Source: Candidatus Methanosuratincola verstraetei (lineage in GTDB: Archaea > Thermoproteota > Methanomethylicia > Methanomethylicales > Methanomethylicaceae). Taken from it: a DNA stretch of 64,000 nt. Positions 26,712 through 36,281 of this stretch are shown here, one piece after another (the stretch's first letter is position 1; each line of letters starts with the position of its first letter). A program made the position numbers and the translations under genes. The notes below the pieces were generated by a model. The model was not told where the DNA came from. It ran no database searches and was given only the letters and a program-made list of their open reading frames with translations. The stretch covers positions 320,001 to 384,000 of the forward strand of contig CP186953.1 of the NCBI GenBank assembly GCA_049570475.1. The letters are read 5' to 3'.

Positions 26712-28283
26712 TTACTGAGGCTTCGGGACGTCCTTGTGGATGTCGTAGTACAGCGGGCCGCGCTCCTTCTTGGTCACGAGGGAAACGACGATGATGGTCA
26801 AGAAGCCGAGGATCATGCCCCAAGCTCCTGCGTCAAGGTAGAACATCTTTATGAAGTTACCAGTGCCCATCGGGATGCGGTATACGAGTGTAAGGATTGC
26901 AGCCACACCCATGCCGACGGCAACGCCAGCGGTCCCGCCAATCTTGGTTACGCCCTTCCAAGTCGTGGCGAGGAGTAGTGCGGGTGCGAGCGTAGCGGCG
27001 AACTGTGCCCATCCAATTGCAGCAAGCCATGTGATAAGCTCAGAGGGGAATAGTGTTTCAAGCACTATTATGATACCCACGATGAGCATGCTTATCCTGA
27101 GGTTCCTCAGCAGTTGCTTGTCTGTCCAGTTCGGCCTAAAGCACTTGTTGATAATGTCTCTCGCAATGGCAGCTCCGCCCATCATGAGAAAACCGTCGAT
27201 TGTGCTCCACGCTGCGCCAATAACTCCTGCGATCAGGAGACCGCCGAGTATCGGCTGCTCGACTCCAAGTTTGTACACAGTAAGCCATGCGATTACACCG
27301 TCAGCACCTAGACCTAGCCCACTTATGGCTGGACCCACAGTTGCGTCAGTTACAGCCAGATACTTCGTCACGATACCAAGGTAGCAGTAAGCAGGGCAGG
27401 TAATACCGAAGATGACACCGCCCATAAGGCCCCAAAGCCAGAGGGTGCTCGGTCTCTTGATGCCGTAGAGCTTCTGGACGATTGCAGGCTGTCCTACTAG
27501 ACCGAAGGACGACAGGAATATCGCCCAGCTGATCCAGAAGAACCATCCCATTCCGCCCAGTGCGGCATCATTTGTCAGCCAAGTCGAGAGACCTGTGGTC
27601 GGGTTGGTTGTCGCAGTGGCGATCGTTTGGAGCATATTGCCGTATCCGCCAGTCCACATGTACCCAAGACCAACGGCTATCAAAGATGCTACGATCATCA
27701 TTGAGACGTTCAGTGCATTGATTATAGCGCCTGCTATGAAGCCGCCCAGCAGGACGTAGACTGCTGAAACCGCGATCCCCAGCATTGCCGCAGGCTGATA
27801 TGGCAGGTTAAGTAGGGTACCCAAGAGCACCCCGATTGCCTTGAATTGGGCAGTCGCGTAGAACACGCATGCGATCACGATTCCTATTGCAGCGAAGACT
27901 CTAATCCATCTTCCGCCGTAGACTTCTCCCAAGAAGTCTGGCATTGTCATCAGGTTGTATTTCTTAGCAGCAACGCGCATCCATCTTCCTAGGAATATCA
28001 CTGTCAGAGGGAAGCCTGCAATCATAGGGGTGCAGATAGCCCAGTGCTGCCAAGCGCCAGCTGCATATATTCCTCCAGGGAGACCGAAGAAGGCCCAAGC
28101 GCTCACGGCTGCGCCAGCAGACCACATCCCCAGCATCCAGACGGGGATTGCCCTGCCGCCGACCATGAAGTCGCCTGAAGCCTTGATCCTCTTCCTGGAC
28201 CAAAGACCGACACCTAAAATCAATGCTATCCAAACAACTATGATTGCACCCTCGATCATTTTTCCTGTTGCTATGTCGACCAT
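26712..28283 (-). CDS. Sodium:solute symporter family protein
   Basis: DFMVGGR, SAWAFFGLPG, TMPDFL, AAWSTID. Confidence 0.9.
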   Translation of the reverse strand: MVDIATGKMIEGAIIVVWIALILGVGLWSRKRIKASGDFMVGGRAIPVWMLGMWSAGAAVSAWAFFGLPGGIYAAGAWQHWAICTPMIAGFPLTVIFLGRWMRVAAKKYNLMTMPDFLGEVYGGRWIRVFAAIGIVIACVFYATAQFKAIGVLLGTLLNLPYQPAAMLGIAVSAVYVLLGGFIAGAIINALNVSMMIVASLIAVGLGYMWTGGYGNMLQTIATATTNPTTGLSTWLTNDAALGGMGWFFWISWAIFLSSFGLVGQPAIVQKLYGIKRPSTLWLWGLMGGVIFGITCPAYCYLGIVTKYLAVTDATVGPAISGLGLGADGVIAWLTVYKLGVEQPILGGLLIAGVIGAAWSTIDGFLMMGGAAIARDIINKCFRPNWTDKQLLRNLRISMLIVGIIIVLETLFPSELITWLAAIGWAQFAATLAPALLLATTWKGVTKIGGTAGVAVGMGVAAILTLVYRIPMGTGNFIKMFYLDAGAWGMILGFLTIIVVSLVTKKERGPLYYDIHKDVPKPQ

Positions 28284-28295
28284 TCGTTATACCCC

Positions 28296-28520
28296 CTAAA
28301 TCTCCTCAGCAAGCTCCGGATGCTTCTTGATCCACGAACGCCACCACAGCATCGAAACCACCGGGAATATCCACCATAGGAGGAATTCCTCCAAGTATAT
28401 CACCGCCCACGAGCCTTGCCAAGCAGCAGGTAGACCCCAGCCGTAGGTACCGAAGACTCCGCGCAGCATGTCAATCAGTATCAGCGTAGCATATTCGTTT
28501 GTCAGAAACAACTCAAACAT
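28296..28520 (-). CDS. Small membrane protein upstream of the SSS gene
   Basis: Trp-rich hydrophobic ORF with GGTGG SD. Confidence 0.6.
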   Translation of the reverse strand: MFELFLTNEYATLILIDMLRGVFGTYGWGLPAAWQGSWAVIYLEEFLLWWIFPVVSMLWWRSWIKKHPELAEEI

Positions 28521-28783
28521 GTTTTTCCCACCATTGAGTTTTCTTAACTCACCTTTCAGCCATGGGCATTAATATAGGTTGCGAAAATTTATGGAAAATC
28601 TTAAATAATAATGCTCAATGCGATGATATCCATGTTGTTTTTTACACCTAACTCATATTATTATATTATCTTATTTTAAATGAATTGTTATTTTTACAAG
28701 AAATATGGGCGGCGGCTGATCTACAAATTGGAACATAACAACAAATATTAGTAAGGCAGTCTACCTTTTCTAAGGGGGAAAAA

Positions 28784-29476
28784 ATGTCAGAGGAAATCGT
28801 TCCACCAGCCAAGGTAATATTTTTAATGGCGATAGGACTGATGTCGCTGATCGGGATCGGAGGAGCTCTGGGTTTTCAGGCGTTCGGGCAGGATTTCATT
28901 CAGAATATGAACAAATACAACCTTGCTGAGATTGGCAGGGGCGGCAGACTTGTTTACTACGAAACCCCCTTAGGAGAGAAGATGGTAAATGTCGATATTG
29001 GTTTTGACTTGAACACAACATACAACTCGACGCATGGTCTTGTTTATTGGTTCAAGGGGATAGAGCTCCCTTACGGCTCGACAATAATAGATGCGATACA
29101 GAACATCCACAGTGCGAAAGAGGCAGAATTGAGGGTTTACAACCTGGAGAATTCATCCATTTTTGAGAAGATCCCAATCACCGATTTCCAGAGCCTTGAA
29201 TTCAATGTGACCTACGGCAGCATCTCGGGCATGCGTTATATCAATGAAATCAACGGAATAAAGAACGTTCCAGGTTTGCTGCTCCAATGGATGATTTATT
29301 TCTGGAACCCAGAAAAAGGCCAATTCGTCTATCTAACGGCTTCGCCTGATAGATTTACATTATCTCACAGGGACACAATAATCATAATATACGACGAATT
29401 CGGAGGATGGCCCGCAGACTGTTGCAGCGGCGGCGGTTGGGAGTATAACGAATACGAAGGGGCACTTACGCGCTAG
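28784..29476 (+). CDS. Membrane-anchored DUF4430-like protein
   Basis: N-terminal TM; YINEINGI.N...WMIY pattern. Confidence 0.6.
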   Translation: MSEEIVPPAKVIFLMAIGLMSLIGIGGALGFQAFGQDFIQNMNKYNLAEIGRGGRLVYYETPLGEKMVNVDIGFDLNTTYNSTHGLVYWFKGIELPYGSTIIDAIQNIHSAKEAELRVYNLENSSIFEKIPITDFQSLEFNVTYGSISGMRYINEINGIKNVPGLLLQWMIYFWNPEKGQFVYLTASPDRFTLSHRDTIIIIYDEFGGWPADCCSGGGWEYNEYEGALTR

Positions 29477-29490
29477 GCACTTACGCGCTA
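29461..29490 (+). repeat. 15-bp tandem duplication at gene end
   Basis: GGCACTTACGCGCTA x2. Confidence 0.9.
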
Positions 29491-29514
29491 AATGGAAATA
29501 AGAAAAATATTTTT

Positions 29515-30003
29515 TCAATCTCCCTCTTTATTGCAGCGGCATCTGAAAGATCCAAGTATCTTCAGCGCGTTATCCTCGAACGAATTTTCGTTGTTATAGT
29601 ACTCGTTGAAGAGCAGGTATCTCCTGTTCCACGTCTCGCAAAAGGCTATTAGCCCGATAATGCAGTGGTGGAGCTCTTTTGTGAATCGCTTCTTGGTTGA
29701 ATACGCTATTTTATGGAAGTGAGCAGGGTGGTTAGAGTCCGTGCCCGGCCAATTGAGGATCTCCGTCTTGATCCCAACGAGATCCCGGTCATTCTCAATT
29801 GCCTCAACCTTCTCCTTGAAGAAATCCTCTGGAGAAGAATAAACCTTCTTGAACTCGTCAAGGTCATCCCAGAAAACAGTAACTGTGTGCTTGAAATGGT
29901 CCGAAATTTCCAGATCTCCCTTGAAGTAAAGCGAGCCCTTGGTGATTGAGACGAAATACTCCTTCGGAACATCCAATTCAATGCCGTAGATCGAGAGCAG
30001 CAT
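29515..30003 (-). CDS. Hypothetical protein
   Basis: 162-aa ORF filling the gap; no recognised motif. Confidence 0.6.
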   Translation of the reverse strand: MLLSIYGIELDVPKEYFVSITKGSLYFKGDLEISDHFKHTVTVFWDDLDEFKKVYSSPEDFFKEKVEAIENDRDLVGIKTEILNWPGTDSNHPAHFHKIAYSTKKRFTKELHHCIIGLIAFCETWNRRYLLFNEYYNNENSFEDNALKILGSFRCRCNKEGD

Positions 30004-30046
30004 AAAAAATTACCCACAAAAAAAGGGGGGTTTACAGTCTTATACT

Positions 30047-30487
30047 TTACCTTCTCGTGATGAGAACGTCGCAGTGCGCGTTCTTAGAGACATACTCGGC
30101 TACGCTGCCAAGCAGGGTTCTCTTGAGGCCGGTCATACCCCTGGAGCCTATGACGGTCAAGGCGCATCCCTGCTTCTCTGCCTCGGCCACGAAGCCAGCA
30201 CCGACGGTGTTCCACACCGGCACGATCTTGGTCTCTACTACCTTTACGCCCTCTTTCTTTGCCCTCTCCGCGTACTGCTTCAGGAGGGGCTCCATCCTTT
30301 CGGTAACCTCTTTCGGCACTGTTGGCGGATAGGGGGGTATGTCTCCGAGTAGACCGATTGCCGGGGGAGCATAGATGGTCACTATCAGAAGCCTTGCGTC
30401 GTACCTCTTCGCCATGTCCATTGCTGTCTCGAAAGCCGCCTCTGCAGGCTTGGATCCGTCTACACCTACCATTATTGTCCTGTACAT
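30047..30487 (-). CDS. Universal stress protein
   Basis: VGVDGS, GSRG..GLKRTLLGSVA. Confidence 0.93.
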   Translation of the reverse strand: MYRTIMVGVDGSKPAEAAFETAMDMAKRYDARLLIVTIYAPPAIGLLGDIPPYPPTVPKEVTERMEPLLKQYAERAKKEGVKVVETKIVPVWNTVGAGFVAEAEKQGCALTVIGSRGMTGLKRTLLGSVAEYVSKNAHCDVLITRR

Positions 30488-30635
30488 TTTTCATCACTTT
30501 GGATTAATATTTAGCCGTAAAGGGTTATTATAGTTTAGCATCGCGTAGCATTTCAAACCCCGTCTGGATGTTTTTCTTGTGGAAAAAATGTTAATGATTT
30601 ATACAGCAGCGATCAAGATAATTTTGGTGTGATCT

Positions 30636-31118
30636 ATGGAGATCAAATTGGTCCAGGTGAGCGTCCCGCAGGGATCGAACATAGTGATAGGCCAGACTCA
30701 TTTCATTAAGAGCATTGAGGATCTCTACGAGGTGATGGCGACGCATGCCCCGGGCGCAGAGTTTGGTATCGCGTTCGCTGAGGCCTCAGGGCCATGCCTA
30801 GTAAGGCGCGAGGGGAACTGCGAGGATCTGGAGAGGGCTGCTGCGGACGCATGCATGAGGATTGGGGCGGGGCATGTCTTCGTTCTGATCATGAGGAAGG
30901 CATACCCGATAAGCGTGCTGAATGCGATAAAGTCGGTCCAAGAGGTATGCAACATATTCTGCGCAACCGCAAACCCGCTCTGGGTAGTCGTCGCTGAAGC
31001 AGAGGGGAAAAGGGGGGTGCTCGGCGTGATAGACGGCGATCCGCCCAGGGGCGTGGAGTCGGACACGGACATGGAGAGCAGGAAGGAGTTCCTCAGGAGG
31101 ATAGGGTACAAGCGGTGA
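30636..31118 (+). CDS. Adenosine-specific kinase / DUF355 family protein
   Basis: GQTHFIKS.EDL, EASGPCLVR, FCATANP, GVIDG. Confidence 0.88.
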   Translation: MEIKLVQVSVPQGSNIVIGQTHFIKSIEDLYEVMATHAPGAEFGIAFAEASGPCLVRREGNCEDLERAAADACMRIGAGHVFVLIMRKAYPISVLNAIKSVQEVCNIFCATANPLWVVVAEAEGKRGVLGVIDGDPPRGVESDTDMESRKEFLRRIGYKR

Positions 31119-31222
31119 ATCTGTGTCCCATAAACTTTATTTATTCGTTGGAGGCTATTTACAAGCGTAGTTTTTGGAAGCAGGAAACAAACATCTGGAT
31201 TCCCGAATGCGAGGTCTTGGAA

Positions 31223-31585
31223 TTGAGAAACCTGCCGCAATGCAAAGCGACCTGCCAGTTTTTCAGGTGTGGCCAAAGGGCCCTGTACATAAAATCGAGC
31301 GCCCCCCAGCAGAGAGGTTTCCGGAGCAACCCTTGGGAGCAGAGAGGGAACAGGGATGGGACCCCATTCTGCAACTGGGTTGGGGACGTATGCGTCGTAG
31401 CAAGGTGCAACTACGCCTTCTGTGAGAAGAGGGCGCTCCTGCCCAACGGCACCTGCGGGCTCCAGGAGAGGGAGAGCGCCAGACCGGCGAGGAGCATAGA
31501 GGAGGAGGCAAGGAGAGAGGAGGAAGCCCTGAGGGTAGCCAGAGAACGGCTCCTCAAGAAGACCGGGCACGAATTCATCGAATAG
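31223..31585 (+). CDS. Cys-rich hypothetical protein; start uncertain (ORF open from 31115)
   Basis: CKATCQFFRC...CNWVGDVC...CNYAFC...GTC. Confidence 0.55.
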   Translation: MRNLPQCKATCQFFRCGQRALYIKSSAPQQRGFRSNPWEQRGNRDGTPFCNWVGDVCVVARCNYAFCEKRALLPNGTCGLQERESARPARSIEEEARREEEALRVARERLLKKTGHEFIE

Positions 31586-32324
31586 GCTTCTGCCTGGAGC
31601 ATACAGGGCAACCTTCATCCTTTTTTATTGCGATCTCGTCGAAACGCATGAGCTCGCCGTCATAAATTATAAGCCGCTCAATAGCTGGTTTCCCAATACC
31701 GGTTATCAGCTTCAGCGCTTCGGAAGCCTCCAAGGATCCTATTACGCCGGGCGCAGTGCCGACAACGGGGAAAGCCTCGGCAGGGGCGGATGCCGAAGGA
31801 TAAATGCACCTGAGGCACGGACCCTCACCAGGGACGATTGTGGTCAAGAAGCCCTCCATGCCGTAGACTGCCCCGTAAACGTACGGTATCCGCAAGGAAA
31901 CGCAGGCTTCATTGACGATGAATCGCGACTGCAGGTTGTCGAGACCGTCGACGACAACGTCTATGCCTTTCAGGAGCTCCGCCACATTATCAACGGTGAG
32001 CGCTTCGTTTACAGGGTCGACTGCTATCTCAGGGTTGAGCTGGGTCAGCTTCATGGCTGCGGACTCTACCTTCGGCCTCCCGAGGTCGGTGCTCCAGTGG
32101 AGGATCTGCCTGTTTAGGTTGGAGAGGTCGACCGTATCGCAGTCGATTAGGCGCAGGTAGCCGACGCCTGACGCAGCCAGGTAGAGGGAAGCAGGGCTCC
32201 CGAGGCCGCCTACCCCTATTACGGCGACCCTCGCAGACTTCACCTTCAGCTGTGCCGCCTCGCCCCAACCCTTGACCATAATTTGCCTGCTGTAACGGAT
32301 CTTTTCGCTTTCTTTGAGGCCCAT
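31575..32324 (-). CDS. ThiF/MoeB/UbaA E1-like adenylyltransferase
   Basis: RYSRQ, GVGGLGS, SNLNRQ, CLRC, CPVC. Confidence 0.93.
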   Translation of the reverse strand: MGLKESEKIRYSRQIMVKGWGEAAQLKVKSARVAVIGVGGLGSPASLYLAASGVGYLRLIDCDTVDLSNLNRQILHWSTDLGRPKVESAAMKLTQLNPEIAVDPVNEALTVDNVAELLKGIDVVVDGLDNLQSRFIVNEACVSLRIPYVYGAVYGMEGFLTTIVPGEGPCLRCIYPSASAPAEAFPVVGTAPGVIGSLEASEALKLITGIGKPAIERLIIYDGELMRFDEIAIKKDEGCPVCSRQKPIR

Positions 32325-32434
32325 CTGGGATACCCAATACACTTCTCTGCGATTGCCTAAATATGCCATTCCGATATGCCCACTTGCACGGATAAGAAAA
32401 AATAAATAGTTATGCACGGAGAATCTGATTCCGT

Positions 32435-32510
32435 GCTAGGGTGGCTGAGTGGTTTAGGCGACGGGCTGCAGACCCGTTTCACTGGGGTTCAAATCCCTAC
32501 CCTAGCTCCA
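32435..32510 (+). tRNA. tRNA-Cys(GCA)
   Basis: GCTAGGG/CCCTAGC stem, ACGGG-CTGCAGA-CCCGT, TTCAAAT, U73 discriminator + CCA. Confidence 0.95.
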
Positions 32511-32519
32511 TGGTGATTC

Positions 32520-32708
32520 TTGATGAGCCTCTCCGAGAGCGTGGACGGGATAATGAGCGAGATGGTAGCTTTGAAGCAGATCCTGAGGAGGACAGCACCA
32601 GCACACAGGCTGACGGACGCGGATAAGGAAAGGGTCGGGAAAGCCCTCGCGAGGTGCGAGGTCCTGCTCAAGAGCATAAAAGAAGAGGCCGGTGTTCAGC
32701 TGCCTTGA
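32520..32708 (+). CDS. Small helical protein coupled to SepCysS; possible SepCysSn/SepCysE-N-like partner
   Basis: GGTGA SD; stop overlaps the TTG start of pscS; assignment based on position. Confidence 0.5.
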   Translation: MMSLSESVDGIMSEMVALKQILRRTAPAHRLTDADKERVGKALARCEVLLKSIKEEAGVQLP

Positions 32709-33910
32709 GGATCCCACAAGAGAGGCTTGAAAAGTACAGGAACCTGAAGAGGGAGTTCTCAGAGGAGGATCATGTCAACCTGCAGCCGATACAGAGGGGA
32801 GGCGTACTAAGCGAAGAGGCGATGCGGGCTATAATCGAGTTCGGGGACGGTTACTCGACCTGCGACTGGTGCCCTCCCAAGTCAGCCCGGCTTGACATGA
32901 TCGAGAAGCCTCCGATCAAGGACTTCTACAACGACCTGGCGGAGTTCCTCGGCATGGATCTTGCGAGGGTGGTGACCCGGTGCAGGGAGGCGAAGTTCAT
33001 TGCTTTCAGGATGCTGGGAGCCCCGGGGGACTACGTTGTGGTCGATGGGCTCGCGCACTACTCTTCGTACATAGCCGCTGAGCTGGCAGGGCTTAGGGTC
33101 AAGGAGGTCCCCGTTGGAGGTCCGCCCGAGTACAAGGTTGACCTGAATGCCTATGCGGCTAAGATTGAGGAGGTGAAGAGGGAGACAGGAAGGCTTCCAG
33201 CGGCAGTGCTCCTGACTCACGTCGACTACCAGTACGGCAACGTCAACGATGCAGAGGTGGTCGGGAAGATAGCCCGGGACTACGGCGTGCCGTTCATACT
33301 CAACTGCGCATACAGCGCCGGGGTGATGCCCGTTGACGGGAAGAATGTGCAAGCTGACGTGATAACCGGGAGCGGGCACAAGAGCTGGGCTGCGAGTGCG
33401 CCAACAGGGATCCTCGCGCTGAGGAAGAGCCTAGAGGAGAAGCTGCTCAGGAGGGCATCCATCCAAGGCGACCTCACGAGCAGGAGCTTCGTGTCGAAGG
33501 AGCTTGCCCTGCTCGGTTGCACAGTGATGGGCGCGCCGCTTCTGACGCTAATAGCCTCCTTCCCGGCGGTGGTTGAGAGGGTCGAGAAGTGGGACGAGGA
33601 GGTCCAGAAGGCCAGGTTCTTTGTCGGGGAGCTCGAGCGCATCCAGGGGGTCAAGCAGGTCGGGGATCGCCCCAAAAGGCACACGCTCATCCATTTCGAG
33701 ACCGAGCCATTCTTCAGGGTCTCCCAGAGCCACAAGCGCAAGGGGTACTTCCTATACGATGAATTGAGGGCAAGGAAGATAGTCGGGATTCAGCCGGGCT
33801 TGACAAAGCACTTCAAGCTCAACACTTACGGGCTCACCTGGGAACAAGTGAGGTATGCAGCCCAGGCTTTCCTGGAGATCGCCGAAAAGTATGGGCTGGA
33901 AGTGAGGTAG
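32705..33910 (+). CDS. pscS: O-phosphoseryl-tRNA:Cys-tRNA synthase (SepCysS)
   Basis: NLQPIQRGG, GDGYSTCDWC, SGHKSWAAS (PLP Lys), LLGCT; adjacent to tRNA-Cys. Confidence 0.93.
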   Translation: MRIPQERLEKYRNLKREFSEEDHVNLQPIQRGGVLSEEAMRAIIEFGDGYSTCDWCPPKSARLDMIEKPPIKDFYNDLAEFLGMDLARVVTRCREAKFIAFRMLGAPGDYVVVDGLAHYSSYIAAELAGLRVKEVPVGGPPEYKVDLNAYAAKIEEVKRETGRLPAAVLLTHVDYQYGNVNDAEVVGKIARDYGVPFILNCAYSAGVMPVDGKNVQADVITGSGHKSWAASAPTGILALRKSLEEKLLRRASIQGDLTSRSFVSKELALLGCTVMGAPLLTLIASFPAVVERVEKWDEEVQKARFFVGELERIQGVKQVGDRPKRHTLIHFETEPFFRVSQSHKRKGYFLYDELRARKIVGIQPGLTKHFKLNTYGLTWEQVRYAAQAFLEIAEKYGLEVR

Positions 33911-33920
33911 GAGCGCTTAA

Positions 33921-34586
33921 TCAAAAACGCTTTATCAGATCTTGGGGGTTCCTGAAGACCACCTTTTCTGCTTCAGCTTCCGAGAGCCCAGCGCCGCGCG
34001 CAACCAGCAGCGACATCTCGGGCGTGAGGTGATCGCCGACGGTATGGGCATCGGAGTCTACCACGAGTGATGCGCCCAGCTGCATTGCCAGCCTCGCCAC
34101 GCGGCCGTTGCCCAAGCAATGCCCGCCCCTGTAGGAGAGCTCGAGAAAGACGCCGTTGTCCTTAGCTGCCAGCACGTCCTCTTCGGCGACGAGACCTGGA
34201 TGCGCAAGGATGTCAACGTCCGAACAAAGGCAAGCAGCCCTGTTTGTGCCAGCCTCCACTGGCTCAACAGGGGTCTCGCCGTGGACTACGACGACCTTAG
34301 CGCCGAGCCTCTTCGCTTCTCGGGCCAATACTGGGATGCTCGCGGGGGGCACGTGGGTAAGCTCGACGCCCGGCACCAGCTCGAAATCTTCAAGATACCT
34401 GGAGATCCCCTCTGAAGCCCGCCGCAGCGCATTGACTACCCATTCCAGATTTGAAGCGTCGGCGTGGTCCGTGATCGCAATCAGCCTGTTCCCCAGCACG
34501 CGGGTCCGCCTCGCTATCTCCGCCGGGAGGAGGTCCCCATCGCTGTAGAAGGAGTGCATGTGGAAATCGCAGATCCGCCTGTCCAT
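33921..34586 (-). CDS. PHP-domain phosphoesterase
   Basis: DFHMHS..SDG, ITDH, HGET, DSDAH. Confidence 0.9.
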   Translation of the reverse strand: MDRRICDFHMHSFYSDGDLLPAEIARRTRVLGNRLIAITDHADASNLEWVVNALRRASEGISRYLEDFELVPGVELTHVPPASIPVLAREAKRLGAKVVVVHGETPVEPVEAGTNRAACLCSDVDILAHPGLVAEEDVLAAKDNGVFLELSYRGGHCLGNGRVARLAMQLGASLVVDSDAHTVGDHLTPEMSLLVARGAGLSEAEAEKVVFRNPQDLIKRF

Positions 34587-34725
34587 GGTGGAAATAAAAT
34601 GCCAGACCGCTAATATAGTTTGCCAATAAAAATCGGAATCGAGGGGAAAGCCCCGTCAGTAAGCCATGGCTGCCAAACAATATAAATGACTCCGGCTTGA
34701 CTATGAGAGGGAAAGGTGCCAGGAG

Positions 34726-35856
34726 ATGGAGAACTCGGATTCGATCGTGACCCCCTGGGAAGTGAGGGGCGAGGTCGATTACAAGGAGCTCATTGAGAAA
34801 TTCGGGGTCGATCCGCTGACGCCTGACATAGTGGAAAGGCTTAGGAGGCATGCGGGCGGGCTCCATGTGCTGCTCAGGAGGGGGATGTTCTTCTCCCACA
34901 GGGAGCTCAACGAGTGGATCGACTCTTATGAGAAGGGCGTAAAGGCAGTCCTTTATACTGGCAGGGGGCCGTCAGGGAACACCCACTTGGGGCACCTCAT
35001 CCCATGGCTCTTCACAAAGTACCTGCAGGACGCTTTCAAGTGCGACCTCTACTTCCAGATAACCGACGACGAGAAGTTCCTCTTCAACCCCGAATTGTCC
35101 ACCGATCAGGTGGCGGAGTATGCCAAGGAGAACATTCTCGACATAATAGCGGTGGGGTTCGACCCCGAGAGGACCAAGATCTTCACCAACCTGACGTACT
35201 CCAAGCCGCTGTACAACATGGCCGTCAGGGTAGCCAAGCACGTCACCTTCTCCACTGCGAAGGCGACATTCGGGTTCTCTGAGAGCTCGAACATAGGGAT
35301 GATCTTCTTCCCAGCCATGCAGGCCGCCCCGTGTTTCATCCACCAGTACCTGACCTCCGAGGACGCGCACGTGCTGATACCTTGCGCGATTGACCAGGAG
35401 CCATACTGGAGGATCTCCAGGGATGTTGCGCCCAAGCTGGGCTACAGGAAGCCCGCCGGGGTCTACAGCAAGTTCATACCAGGGCTCGGTAGCGGCGGCA
35501 AGATGAGCGCTAGCATCCCGGACACTGCCATATTCCTCTCAGACACAAGGGAGGAAGCGGTCAGGAAAGTTAAGAATGCATTCACCGGTGGGCAGCCGAC
35601 GATAAGGGAGCAGAAGGAGAAGGGAGGCAACCCGGACGTCTGCGTTGTGTACAGCTACCTTTACAGCCTCTTCGACGAGGACGACAAGGCCGTTGCCGAG
35701 ACTTACGCTTCCTGCAAGGCAGGCGGGCTGATCTGCGGGGAGTGCAAGGAGAGGCTGGCAAGAAAGGTGGCTGAATTCCTCGAGGACCACAGGGCACGGA
35801 GGGAAAGAGCCAAGGGTTCTGTGGAGAAGTTCCTCCTAAGGGAGTGGAGAACTTGA
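34726..35856 (+). CDS. trpS: Tryptophanyl-tRNA synthetase
   Basis: YTGRGPS, HLGH, AIDQ.PY, KMSAS. Confidence 0.97.
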   Translation: MENSDSIVTPWEVRGEVDYKELIEKFGVDPLTPDIVERLRRHAGGLHVLLRRGMFFSHRELNEWIDSYEKGVKAVLYTGRGPSGNTHLGHLIPWLFTKYLQDAFKCDLYFQITDDEKFLFNPELSTDQVAEYAKENILDIIAVGFDPERTKIFTNLTYSKPLYNMAVRVAKHVTFSTAKATFGFSESSNIGMIFFPAMQAAPCFIHQYLTSEDAHVLIPCAIDQEPYWRISRDVAPKLGYRKPAGVYSKFIPGLGSGGKMSASIPDTAIFLSDTREEAVRKVKNAFTGGQPTIREQKEKGGNPDVCVVYSYLYSLFDEDDKAVAETYASCKAGGLICGECKERLARKVAEFLEDHRARRERAKGSVEKFLLREWRT

Positions 35857-36281
35857 GAAAGAGGCAATCAATAATCCTGGCTTTGGCGGTGCTTGTTCTG
35901 GCACTGGTGGCGGCGGCTGCGGCAGCTTTGTTGGCACCGAGGCCCGGATTCCCGGGGACAAAAGCGATACTCGACCACCCTCAGATAAATGAGGCTGTAT
36001 CAAGCGGGAAGGGCACAGTCTTGTACTTCTCTGCCCCTAATTGCCCGGGGTGCATGCTCCAGGATGTTTCTATGGATGCAGCTTATTCAGAGTACAGCCA
36101 GGAAGTGAATTTCATCTACTTCAAGAACTCCAAGGGATTGGCAGGCGTGTTTGGGGACTGGTCGGTCTTTAAGGTGCCGACATCAGTTTTTATAGACAAG
36201 GATGGTCTCGTGGTCAGCAGGTACGACGGGGTCTATTTGGATTTCGAGAGCCTAAAAAAGGAAATAGAGAGGATAAGGTAA
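35844..36281 (+). CDS. Membrane-anchored thioredoxin-like protein
   Basis: N-terminal TM, CPGC, VPT. Confidence 0.85.
   Translation: MENLRKRQSIILALAVLVLALVAAAAAALLAPRPGFPGTKAILDHPQINEAVSSGKGTVLYFSAPNCPGCMLQDVSMDAAYSEYSQEVNFIYFKNSKGLAGVFGDWSVFKVPTSVFIDKDGLVVSRYDGVYLDFESLKKEIERIR

Noticed and set aside
30725-31618. 297-aa minus-strand ORF, and similar long antisense ORFs at 50442..51239 and 55501..56310
   Set aside because: Antisense to well-supported genes, with no recognisable motifs.
24246-32510. Integrated element between or next to the two tRNAs
   Set aside because: No integrase and no duplicated tRNA end seen; the content is ordinary membrane and housekeeping genes.
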